A DNA stretch of 64,000 nucleotides from Terriglobia bacterium. Its GTDB lineage: Bacteria > Acidobacteriota > Terriglobia > UBA7540. A program made the translations under genes and the position numbers. The stretch covers positions 18,365 to 82,364 of the forward strand of contig JBEKNU010000002.1 of the NCBI GenBank assembly GCA_049522495.1, given 5' to 3'. The notes beneath the pieces are model-generated. The model saw nothing but the letters and a program-made list of their open reading frames with translations, was not told the DNA's origin and searched no databases. Shown piece after piece: positions 17,637 through 26,010 of the stretch (its first letter is position 1; each line of letters begins with the position of its first letter).

Positions 17637-17778
17637 GGCTCATAACCCCCTAAAAGGATAGCATCTTGGTGCCAGTCAGATATGCGCCATTAGTCCTATT
17701 TCAACTCCACCATGGGGCCATTGTAAGAGTTTTCTAATCAGCTAAGCTGGGTGTGCGTCAGGGCAGTCCGTGGTTTGA
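17637..17778 (+). promoter_or_regulatory. conserved EPS-locus promoter/leader element, copy C (putative -35 TTGTAA 17721-17726, -10 TAAGCT 17743-17748)
   Basis: See copy A. It lies ~85 nt upstream of the priming transferase ATG (17834; RBS AGGAGAG 17821-17827). Confidence 0.5.
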
Positions 17779-17833
17779 TTGAACGGGTAACCGGTCTACT
17801 TATTAACATATTGGCGATAGAGGAGAGATTAAG

Positions 17834-19006
17834 ATGATCAGCGAAATCTTTGCTCCAAAAAGGTCGCGGAAGATGACCCTGGGAGCTGTGTCTCCATTGA
17901 ATCCACTTGACAGGGAAGAGGGCCAGAGCGAGGATACCGGGTTTTCGCTGGTGTCGGAAGAGCTTTTCCGGAAGGTGTTGTCGATTGAGCGGAAAAGAAG
18001 TGAGCGCTCTCGGCAACGGTTTGTGCTAATGCTTGTGCATGTCGGCAAGGTTATTGAGACCGACCGCAGCGGGATGGTTCTTGAAGGAATATCGGAGGCG
18101 CTTTCCAGCTCCGCGCGCGAGACGGATTTGCATGGCTGGTATCAGAACGGTTCGGTGGTGGGTGTTATCTGCACAGAAATCGGCAAGGGGGACCTGACCT
18201 CCATCCTCAGCGCTCTGCATTCGAGGGTGGGCGCAGCCTTACGGAACAGGCTGGGTCTGGAGCAGATGAATGCCATCCATATCTCCTTCCATGTGTTTCC
18301 AGACGATTTGGACCTCAACAAGGGCGGCCGTTCCACGGACATCAGTCTCTATCCCGATTTACTGCCAAAAAACATCGCATCCACAACCTCCCGGGTAGTC
18401 AAAAGAGCCATAGATCTGACCGGGAGCCTCGCGGCGCTTATCCTGCTCTCCCCGCTCTATGCTGTCATTGCTGTCGCAATTAAGCTGACGTCGAAAGGCC
18501 CGATCCTGTTCAAGCAGGATCGCGTGGGAGAGTATGGCATTCGCTTTTCCTGCCTGAAGTTCCGATCAATGTATTACAAGAACGATGCGAAGATTCACCA
18601 GGAATACGTCCGAGGGCTGATTTCCGGGAAGCACGATGGCAAGGGGAATGTTTACAAGATAAAGGACGACCCCCGGGTTACACCTGTCGGGAAATTTCTG
18701 CGGAAGACCAGTCTGGACGAACTACCTCAGTTCTTCAACGTGCTCAAGGGCGAGATGTCTCTGGTGGGGCCCCGTCCCCCTATCCCTTACGAGGTTGAGG
18801 CCTATGAAGTATGGCACCGGCGGCGCTTCCTCGAGGCGAAGCCGGGGATCACGGGACTGTGGCAGGTGGAGGGACGGAGCAGGACCAAGTTTGACGAAAT
18901 GGTCCGTCTGGACCTCCGCTACGCAAAAACCTGGTCGCCTTGGTTGGACATCAAAATCCTCCTGCGAACGCCCGCTGCGGTGTTTAGGGGAGACGGCGCG
19001 TATTGA
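17834..19006 (+). CDS. priming phosphoglycosyl transferase (Bac_transf / WbaP-EpsB type) with N-terminal degenerate GGDEF-like domain
   Basis: ORF track. C-terminal half: KRAIDLTGSLAALILLSPLYAVIAVAIKLTSKGPILFKQDRVG...DDPRVTPVGKFLRKTSLDELPQFFNVLKGEMSLVGPRP...PGITGLWQV. N-terminal ~170 aa aligns by eye to a GGDEF fold, with RETD (18116-18127) five residues before QNGSV (18143-18157) at the GG(D/E)EF position. Confidence 0.85.
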   Translation: MISEIFAPKRSRKMTLGAVSPLNPLDREEGQSEDTGFSLVSEELFRKVLSIERKRSERSRQRFVLMLVHVGKVIETDRSGMVLEGISEALSSSARETDLHGWYQNGSVVGVICTEIGKGDLTSILSALHSRVGAALRNRLGLEQMNAIHISFHVFPDDLDLNKGGRSTDISLYPDLLPKNIASTTSRVVKRAIDLTGSLAALILLSPLYAVIAVAIKLTSKGPILFKQDRVGEYGIRFSCLKFRSMYYKNDAKIHQEYVRGLISGKHDGKGNVYKIKDDPRVTPVGKFLRKTSLDELPQFFNVLKGEMSLVGPRPPIPYEVEAYEVWHRRRFLEAKPGITGLWQVEGRSRTKFDEMVRLDLRYAKTWSPWLDIKILLRTPAAVFRGDGAY

Positions 19007-19046
19007 TCCTTACCAAGCGGCAATATATCGAGCCCAAGGGGGAAAA

Positions 19047-20048
19047 ATGATTCGGATCGGTATTATCGGTTACGGTTATTGGGGCCCACAAATCGTCAGA
19101 AACTTCTGTTCCCTGGAGGACTGTGAAGTTGGCGTGGTGTGCGACAAGAGCGCGGCGGCGCTGCGCCGCGCCAAACAAGCGCACCACAGCATGCAAGTAT
19201 CTTCCGACATCGGCGAAACCCTATCGGCCCCGAACCTCGACGCCATAGCAGTTATCACGCCCGTTTGGACGCATTTCGAATTGGCCAAAGCTGCGCTGGA
19301 AAATGGCAAGCACGTGTTTGTGGAAAAGCCCTTTACCTCCACGGCCGCGCAAGCCGAGGAACTGATCGAACTGGCCGAGAAAAAGAATCTGCGAATTATG
19401 GTGGACCACACGTTCCTGTTCACCGGCGCCGTGAAGAAGATCCGGGAACTGGTTGATGAAGGAGCGCTGGGAAAGCTTTTTTACTATGACTCGACCCGCG
19501 TGAATTTAGGCCTTTTCCAACACGACGTCAATGTGATTTGGGATTTGGCCCCCCACGACCTCTCCATAATGGATTATTTAATCAAGGACAAGGTGGAGGC
19601 GATCGTTGCGACGGGCGAAAGACACTTGAATGGCCACGAGGATATAGCATTTATCACGGTTTATTTCGAGAACAACATCATCGCTCACATCAATGTCAAT
19701 TGGCTATCGCCCGTTAAGGTTCGGACCACCCTGATCGGCGGAGAGAAAAAAATGGTGGTGTGGAACGATCTGGAAGCGGACGAGAAAGTGAAGATTTACG
19801 ACAAGGGAGTGAAGATCACCAGCCGCGAGGGTGTCTACGACCTGTTGGTCAGTTACCGCTCCGGCGACATGTGGGCGCCCCGGGTGGAGCAGACCGAGGC
19901 CTTGAAGGCGGAGTGCAGCTACTTCATCGATTGCATCAAGAATAGCAAAACCCCCTTCAACGACGGGCATGCTGGACTGAAGGTGGTGAAAATGCTGGAA
20001 GCTGCGACCGAATCGATCCGGGAAAGGGGGAAGATCGTCCGCATATGA
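19047..20048 (+). CDS. Gfo/Idh/MocA-family NAD-dependent sugar oxidoreductase (WbpB-like)
   Basis: Frame of ORF 18795..20048. ATG 19047 gives MIRIGIIGYGYWGPQIVRNF (Rossmann). GKHVFVEKPFTSTAAQAEELIELAEKKNLRIMVDHTFLF. Confidence 0.85.
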   Translation: MIRIGIIGYGYWGPQIVRNFCSLEDCEVGVVCDKSAAALRRAKQAHHSMQVSSDIGETLSAPNLDAIAVITPVWTHFELAKAALENGKHVFVEKPFTSTAAQAEELIELAEKKNLRIMVDHTFLFTGAVKKIRELVDEGALGKLFYYDSTRVNLGLFQHDVNVIWDLAPHDLSIMDYLIKDKVEAIVATGERHLNGHEDIAFITVYFENNIIAHINVNWLSPVKVRTTLIGGEKKMVVWNDLEADEKVKIYDKGVKITSREGVYDLLVSYRSGDMWAPRVEQTEALKAECSYFIDCIKNSKTPFNDGHAGLKVVKMLEAATESIRERGKIVRI

Positions 20049-20524
20049 GCGAATTCCTGAGCATCGCCCCCGATGTCAAGCTGGGAAAAGACGTCAAGCT
20101 TTCCAAGTTCATTAACCTCTATGGATGTGAGATCGGCGACGGCACAAAGATTGGCGCGTTTGTGGAGGTGCAGAAGAATGCCAAAATCGGGCAAAGATGC
20201 AAGATCTCCAGCCACACTTTTATCTGTGAGGGCGTAACCATCGAAGACAATGTCTTCATTGGGCACAGCGTGACGTTCATCAACGACGCGTATCCGCGGG
20301 CCGCCAATCCCGACGGCGGGCTGCAGACGGAGGCCGACTGGAAAGTGGAAAAAACCCTGGTGAAAAAAGGTGCTTCGATCGGTTCAGGGAGCACGATTCT
20401 CTCTAAAGTGACAGTCGGCGAAAATGCCATCGTGGGGGCAGGGAGTGTGGTTACAAAGGATGTTCCTGCCAACGTGATCGTGGCGGGGAACCCCGCCAAA
20501 TTCTTGAGAAAACTGGACAAATAA
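20045..20524 (+). CDS. left-handed beta-helix (hexapeptide) N-acetyltransferase (WbpD-like)
   Basis: ORF track. ATGA overlap with the upstream stop. Hexapeptide repeats IGDGTKIGAFVEVQKNAKIGQRCKISSHTFI...IGSGSTILSKVTVGENAIVGAGSVV. Confidence 0.85.
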   Translation: MSEFLSIAPDVKLGKDVKLSKFINLYGCEIGDGTKIGAFVEVQKNAKIGQRCKISSHTFICEGVTIEDNVFIGHSVTFINDAYPRAANPDGGLQTEADWKVEKTLVKKGASIGSGSTILSKVTVGENAIVGAGSVVTKDVPANVIVAGNPAKFLRKLDK

Positions 20525-20543
20525 AAGACGGAGGAAACAGATC

Positions 20544-21776
20544 GTGGAAACTAATCGAATTCCTTTTCTTGACCTCGTGACTCCCCATCGGGAGCTCAAA
20601 GATGAGTTGGCGGCGGTGTTTTCACATGTTCTCGATACGGCGGGCTTTATTGGCGGCCCCATGGTGGAAGATTTTGAAAAATCTTTCGCCAAGTTCTGCG
20701 ACGCTCAGCATTGTGTCGGTGTGAGCAGCGGCACCGATGCCTTGCGGTTTGCACTGATGGCCGCCGGGGTTGGGTCCGACGATGCCGTCATCACCGTCCC
20801 GAACACCTTTATCGCCACGAGCGAAGCCATTTCTCAATGCGGCGCCCTCCCGCGATTTGTGGATGTCGACGAGCGCACCTACAACATGGATGTGAAGAAG
20901 CTGGGCGATTACCTTGCTTTGGAATGCTCTCGAAACGACTCCAACGGCAAGCTCGTGGACAAGCAGACCGCCAGGGCAGTAAAGGCCATCGTCCCGGTGC
21001 ATCTTTACGGGCAAATGGCGGATATGGACCCCCTCCTTGAATTGGCAGAAAAGTACAATCTGATTATCATTGAGGATGCTTGCCAAGCGCACGGAGCCGA
21101 GTACTTTTCGCGCAAAGATAACCGTTGGAAGAAAGCGGGCTCGGTGGGAAGGGCGGCGGCTTTCAGCTTTTACCCCGGGAAGAACCTGGGAGCTTGTGGG
21201 GAAGCCGGAGCCGTTACCACCAACGATGCGGACCTTGCCAAGAGAGTCCGCCAATTGCGTGATCACGGCCAGGCCCAAAAGTATTACCACGACCTGGAAG
21301 GATACAATGGCCGATTGGATGCGATCCAGGCCGGCATCTTGCGCGTCAAGCTCCGGCATCTCGGCCAGTGGAATGAAAGGCGCCGGGAATGTGCGTCGCG
21401 ATATCAGAAGCTCTTAGGTGGGGCCTCCGAGGCCATTCGGCTTCCCTTCGAACCCTCTTGGTCTAAAGCGGCTTTCCACCTCTACGTCGTGCAGGTTCAA
21501 CACCGGGAACAACTTCAGAAACAACTCGGCGAGGCTGGTATCGGGACGGGAATTCATTATCCCATTCCCCTCCACCTGCAAAAAGCCTATAAGCATCTTG
21601 GCTACCACGAGGGTGATTTCCCGGTATCCGAAAAGGCTGCTTTGCAAATTCTGTCTCTGCCCATGTTTCCGGGGCTCACCTCGGCGCAGCAGGAGCGAAT
21701 TGCCCAGCAAGTGTTGGATTCCGTTAGCGGAGAGACTGTCGCCAATTCCCAACTCTCTCTCGGGGCGCGGTCATGA
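20544..21776 (+). CDS. DegT/DnrJ/EryC1/StrS-family PLP-dependent sugar aminotransferase (WbpE-like)
   Basis: ORF track (GTG start). GVSSGTDALRFALMAAGV, IIEDACQAHGA, SFYPGKNLGACGEAGAV (PLP-lysine region). Confidence 0.9.
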   Translation: METNRIPFLDLVTPHRELKDELAAVFSHVLDTAGFIGGPMVEDFEKSFAKFCDAQHCVGVSSGTDALRFALMAAGVGSDDAVITVPNTFIATSEAISQCGALPRFVDVDERTYNMDVKKLGDYLALECSRNDSNGKLVDKQTARAVKAIVPVHLYGQMADMDPLLELAEKYNLIIIEDACQAHGAEYFSRKDNRWKKAGSVGRAAAFSFYPGKNLGACGEAGAVTTNDADLAKRVRQLRDHGQAQKYYHDLEGYNGRLDAIQAGILRVKLRHLGQWNERRRECASRYQKLLGGASEAIRLPFEPSWSKAAFHLYVVQVQHREQLQKQLGEAGIGTGIHYPIPLHLQKAYKHLGYHEGDFPVSEKAALQILSLPMFPGLTSAQQERIAQQVLDSVSGETVANSQLSLGARS

Positions 21777-22041
21777 CCTCCATCATGGGGTTATAACGAA
21801 ACCAGCTCTGCTCCTTATTGGGAAAGGATGCCCTTCCAAAGTCAATAAATGCCGGTTTCCAAATCGCGTTAAACAGGCACTGGGGTGTGTTTGCCGGTGA
21901 GCGTAGTTCGTGGGATGATTATCCCGTCCGGGAGTGATCGCCGGATGTCGTTTGCAGTGCAGACAACAGTCCACTGCTACGAGGAACCACGGTGTCGTTG
22001 GTCGCCAAACTGTAACTCTTATTGGAGGAGGCTCAAAAGCC

Positions 22042-22806
22042 GTGACAAAGGACAGCAAAGTTGTGGTTGCTGGGCTTGGAGAGGTGGGGAAGCCGCTCTT
22101 CGAGCTCGTTTCCAAGCACTATGATGCCGTAGGGGTGGATATCTCGCCGGTCGAGCGGGCGGAGCAGGTCGAAGTCCTGCACGTCTGCTTTCCGTTCGGG
22201 ATTAAGGACTTTGTGGGTGAGACCGTGCGGTATATCGAGCTTTTCAAACCCAGTTTGACGATCATCAACAGCACCGTAGCGGTCGGGACAACACGAAAGA
22301 TCGCCCTGCGAGCGCGTGCCGCCGTTGTGAACAGCCCGGTGCGTGGCAAACACGCTCGCATGCTCGAGGAGCTCCTTATCTACAGAAAATTCGTGGGAGC
22401 CATGGATCCCGCAACTGGCGAGTTGGCTGCCAAACATTTCGAGTCCATCGGCATGAAAACCAAGGTTCTCTCGTCTCCGGAGGCGACCGAGCTGGCGAAG
22501 CTAACGGAAACGACTTACTTCGGTGTGTTGATCGCCTGGGCGCAGGAGGTGGAGAGATATTGTGACCAAGCGGGCCAGGATTTCGGCGAAATCAGCTCGT
22601 TCTGGGAAGAAATAAAATACTTGCCACCCGTTAAGTTCTTTCCGGGAATTATCGGTGGTCATTGCGTCATGCCCAACATCAAGATCCTAAGCGAGTTTGA
22701 CCATTCAGTGATCCGGGAGGCGATTCAGGCTTCCAACAGCATGAAGATCGAGCGCGAGGCGTCCAGGAAGGTTGTTGACAACGTTGCGGCGACCACGAGA
22801 GGATAG
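22042..22806 (+). CDS. short nucleotide-sugar dehydrogenase-like protein (NAD-binding + central domain only)
   Basis: Frame of ORF 21934..22806. GTG 22042 follows GGAGGAGG. VVVAGLGEVGKPL (Rossmann), ATELAKLTETTYFGVLIAWAQEVERYC and GGHCVMPNI resemble the UDP-Glc/GDP-Man dehydrogenase central domain and catalytic Cys. About 254 aa, so a C-terminal nucleotide-sugar-binding domain seems to be missing. Confidence 0.5.
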   Translation: MTKDSKVVVAGLGEVGKPLFELVSKHYDAVGVDISPVERAEQVEVLHVCFPFGIKDFVGETVRYIELFKPSLTIINSTVAVGTTRKIALRARAAVVNSPVRGKHARMLEELLIYRKFVGAMDPATGELAAKHFESIGMKTKVLSSPEATELAKLTETTYFGVLIAWAQEVERYCDQAGQDFGEISSFWEEIKYLPPVKFFPGIIGGHCVMPNIKILSEFDHSVIREAIQASNSMKIEREASRKVVDNVAATTRG

Positions 22807-23152
22807 GAGAGCGGCGTCTAATGGCTGACGGAATTCCCTGGGATCTCCGTCTCGGCCGCCGTTTTCGACACGACCACGGCGCCTTACTATGGACCTATTT
22901 TACCGGCAGGGCCCTTCGAGGATGACGCTCGACTACATGGATAGTTGTTGGGATAGCATCGCGAAGGGAGACCCGCAGCGACGCTGCTTTGCCTCATGGC
23001 GAAACTTCGCCAAGCTTGTCACGAGTACGATTCATCTGAGTGCAGATCGCGCCGCTACCACGCAGCCCAACGATGCACAGGGGCACCCCCCTTCACCATC
23101 CCAGTCCGCGGTCCTCTCGAGCAGTTCGGGCCTTGAGGGAAAGCGGGTGGGG

Positions 23153-24337
23153 ATGGTTTTGTTTTCCCAATACCCTTCCGATCCACGACCGCGTCGGGCC
23201 GTGGACGCCCTTGTCAAAGAAGGCATGAGTGTGGATTTGATATGCCTGGGGGATGGGAAAGCACCGAAGCGTGAGGCATTGAACGGAATCGATGTCCTCC
23301 GGATCCCCATGACCAAGAGTCGCGGCGGCAAGTTTACATACGCTTTCCAGTATTCTACCTTCATTCTCATTTCCTCGATCATCCTGGCCATGCGGTCGCT
23401 CAAACGTCGCTATGACATGGTCTATGTGCACAACATGCCCGACATTCTCATCTTGAGTTCCTTGGTCCCTAAGGCGTTGGGAGCAAAGGTAATTCTCGAT
23501 CTGCACGATCCCATGCCCGAACTCATGACGACGATATTCGATCTTGACAAAAACAGTCTAAGCGTCCGGCTCATCAGCCGACTTGAGAAATGGAGCATGG
23601 CGCGCGCGGATTTGGTGCTTACCGTCAACGTCGCTTGCAAACGCATCTTCGCCTCGCGCAGCTGTCGTCCCGAAAAAATTGGCGTGGTGATGAATGCTCC
23701 CGATGAAGAGATCTTCCCGTTCCGAAAGGCGCACGCACACGAGCCCGCAAGCGACCCTGCTGCCAAACGGTTTGTGATCATGTATCACGGGTCGTTGGTT
23801 GAACGCAATGGTCTGGATCTTGCTGTCGACGCCCTTGCCAAAGTGCGAGAGGCTGTTCCTGTCGCGGAGCTGAGAATTTATGGTGGCAAGACTCCTTTTC
23901 TGGAACGCGTGATGGAAGAGGCTCGCCAGAAGGGCCTGCAGGATTGTGTGCATTTTCTGGGGCCGAGGCGCCTGGAAGAACTGGTCCGAGAGATCGAAGA
24001 CTGCGATGTAGGAGTCATCCCCAACCATCGAAGTGCCTTTGCAGACATTAATACGCCGACTCGAATTTTCGAGTATCTGGCAGTCGGCAAACCGGTGATT
24101 GCTCCGCGAACCCCAGGCATCCAGGATTACTTCGGCCCGGACTCTCTCCTTTTTTTCGAATCGGGGAACTCGGAGGACCTTGCCGAAAAAATTGAATATG
24201 TCTCTTCTCACCCCAGCGAGGCTATTGCGATCGCCGAGCGAGGGCAGCAGGTTTACATGGCACATACATGGTCCCAGGAGAGACAGACCCTGGTGAACTT
24301 GGTCAACGGGCTCCTGAAGGGGGGCAAACCAAATTAA
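23153..24337 (+). CDS. glycosyltransferase family 4 (GT-B, Glycos_transf_1)
   Basis: Frame of ORF 22889..24337. The conserved part begins at ATG 23153 (MVLFSQYPSDPRPRR); an upstream start is possible. C-terminal EX7E-type region VIPNHRSAFADINTPTRIFEYLAVGKPVIAP. Confidence 0.8.
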   Translation: MVLFSQYPSDPRPRRAVDALVKEGMSVDLICLGDGKAPKREALNGIDVLRIPMTKSRGGKFTYAFQYSTFILISSIILAMRSLKRRYDMVYVHNMPDILILSSLVPKALGAKVILDLHDPMPELMTTIFDLDKNSLSVRLISRLEKWSMARADLVLTVNVACKRIFASRSCRPEKIGVVMNAPDEEIFPFRKAHAHEPASDPAAKRFVIMYHGSLVERNGLDLAVDALAKVREAVPVAELRIYGGKTPFLERVMEEARQKGLQDCVHFLGPRRLEELVREIEDCDVGVIPNHRSAFADINTPTRIFEYLAVGKPVIAPRTPGIQDYFGPDSLLFFESGNSEDLAEKIEYVSSHPSEAIAIAERGQQVYMAHTWSQERQTLVNLVNGLLKGGKPN

Positions 24338-24409
24338 TTCCTATAGGTGCCACGGCGAAGCGCAGTCGGTCCGATTGAGCCCTGGGATGATTGAGAAAGG
24401 TAGCGGAAT

Positions 24410-24976
24410 ATGCAGATTAAAATCGAATCGAGGCACCTGCAGGATGTTGTTGTAATCGTACCCGACATTTTCAAGGACAGCCGGGGCTTTTTCTCGGAGA
24501 CATTCCGGACAGACCAATTCAAATTGCTTGGCTTGCCCACCGAATTTGTTCAAGACAATCATTCCCGATCAACCAAGGGGGTTGTGAGAGGGTTGCATTT
24601 TCAATGGGCCCCTCCCATGGCCAAATTGATGCGGGTTACGGTAGGTTCCGCATTCCTGGTTGCGGTCGATATTCGAAAGGGTTCTCCGACGCTCGGGAAG
24701 TGGGTCGGGGTAGAGAGCTCCGCAGAGAATCGCCGAATGGTTTGGGCGCCCGCTGGCTTTGCGCGTGGTTTCTGCGCACTCTCCGATCCAACTGAAATCC
24801 AATACAAATGCACCGGCATTTACAACCCTCAAGCCGAGTCTGCCATCCGCTGGAATGATCCCGCGATCGGCGTGGAATGGCCGCTCGCCGATGTCGCCAT
24901 TTCGGAGAAGGACGCCAAGGCACAAACGCTGGCACAGTGGCTCGCCGCGCCGGAATCCGACAACTTTCGCTATTAG
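24410..24976 (+). CDS. rfbC: dTDP-4-dehydrorhamnose 3,5-epimerase
   Basis: ORF track. FKDSRGFFSETFR, QDNHSRSTKGVVRGLHFQ, KLMRVTVGSAFLVAVDIRKGSPTLGKW: the classical RmlC cupin signature. Confidence 0.9.
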   Translation: MQIKIESRHLQDVVVIVPDIFKDSRGFFSETFRTDQFKLLGLPTEFVQDNHSRSTKGVVRGLHFQWAPPMAKLMRVTVGSAFLVAVDIRKGSPTLGKWVGVESSAENRRMVWAPAGFARGFCALSDPTEIQYKCTGIYNPQAESAIRWNDPAIGVEWPLADVAISEKDAKAQTLAQWLAAPESDNFRY

Positions 24977-25014
24977 AACCAATCGACAACTCATTAATTT
25001 GGAGGCAAGATACC

Positions 25015-26010
25015 ATGAAGCTTTTGATTGCCGGGGGCGGTGGCTATGTAGGTTCCGTACTGATCCCGCGACTGCTTGAACGAGGTTACAAGGTCGACGT
25101 CGTAGACCTGTTCTGGTTCGGCAACCACTTGCCACCGCAAGTGGGCATACTCAAAAAGGATATCTTCCAGCTCTCGGGAGAGGACCTCGAGTCATACGAC
25201 CAAGCGATTTTTCTCGCGGGGCTCTCCAACGATCCGATGGCGGAGTATTCCCCGAGCAAGAATTTCATCTTTAACGCCGCAGCTCCGGCCTACCTCGCTT
25301 ACATGGCCAAGATTGCCAAGGTGAAGAGGTTCATCTACGCGTCGTCCTGTTCGGTATACGGTTATACGGAGAACGAACTGTACGATGAAAGCCGCCCGGT
25401 CGCTTCCCGCTATCCCTATGGGATCTCCAAGCTGCAGGGAGAGCAAGCAGCTATGCAGTTGACCGACGACAGCTTCTCCGTCATCTCGCTGCGCAAGGGA
25501 ACTATTTCCGGATACAGCCCGCGGATGCGCTTCGATCTCATTATCAACACCATGTTTAAGAGCGCGATGAAGAACCGCGTCATTACCGTGAACAATCCTT
25601 CCATCTGGAGGCCGATACTCGCCATTGAAGATGCCGCGACCGCATACATCCGGGCCATCGAGGCGAACTACGGGATTTCGGGTATCTTCAACATCGCTTC
25701 CGGGAATTACACCGTGGGAGAGATCGGAGATTTGGTGAAAGGCGCGATCGAAGAACGACTTTCCATTCGCTTGGAACTTTGCATCAAGCACATGCAGGAC
25801 TTCCGGAACTACAAGGTCAGCATCGAAAAGGCGAAGAACGTACTGAGTTTTCACCCAGGCTGCGATGTAAAATCGATCGTAGGGAGCCTCATCGACAACA
25901 AGGATAAGTACGAAGGTTGGGATAATCCCCAGTATTCTAACATTGAGTCTTTCAGAGCAATGGGAGACGGGATTGAAGTCCACGACATGGCGGGAGCTGC
26001 GCGCCGATGA
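25015..26010 (+). CDS. NAD-dependent epimerase/dehydratase (extended SDR), substrate unknown
   Basis: Frame of ORF 24877..26010. ATG 25015 follows GGAGG. MKLLIAGGGGYVGSVL (Rossmann). YGISK = YxxxK. Confidence 0.8.
   Translation: MKLLIAGGGGYVGSVLIPRLLERGYKVDVVDLFWFGNHLPPQVGILKKDIFQLSGEDLESYDQAIFLAGLSNDPMAEYSPSKNFIFNAAAPAYLAYMAKIAKVKRFIYASSCSVYGYTENELYDESRPVASRYPYGISKLQGEQAAMQLTDDSFSVISLRKGTISGYSPRMRFDLIINTMFKSAMKNRVITVNNPSIWRPILAIEDAATAYIRAIEANYGISGIFNIASGNYTVGEIGDLVKGAIEERLSIRLELCIKHMQDFRNYKVSIEKAKNVLSFHPGCDVKSIVGSLIDNKDKYEGWDNPQYSNIESFRAMGDGIEVHDMAGAARR

Noticed and set aside
18795-19046. N-terminal extensions of ORF-track entries (18795 for the oxidoreductase; likewise 9603-9740, 21934-22041, 22889-23152, 24877-25014, 31537-31629, 33623-33694, 39706-39849, 4720-4776)
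   Set aside because: The extensions overlap upstream genes or are low-complexity. An internal ATG or GTG with a Shine-Dalgarno-like sequence coincides with the start of the conserved domain in each case.
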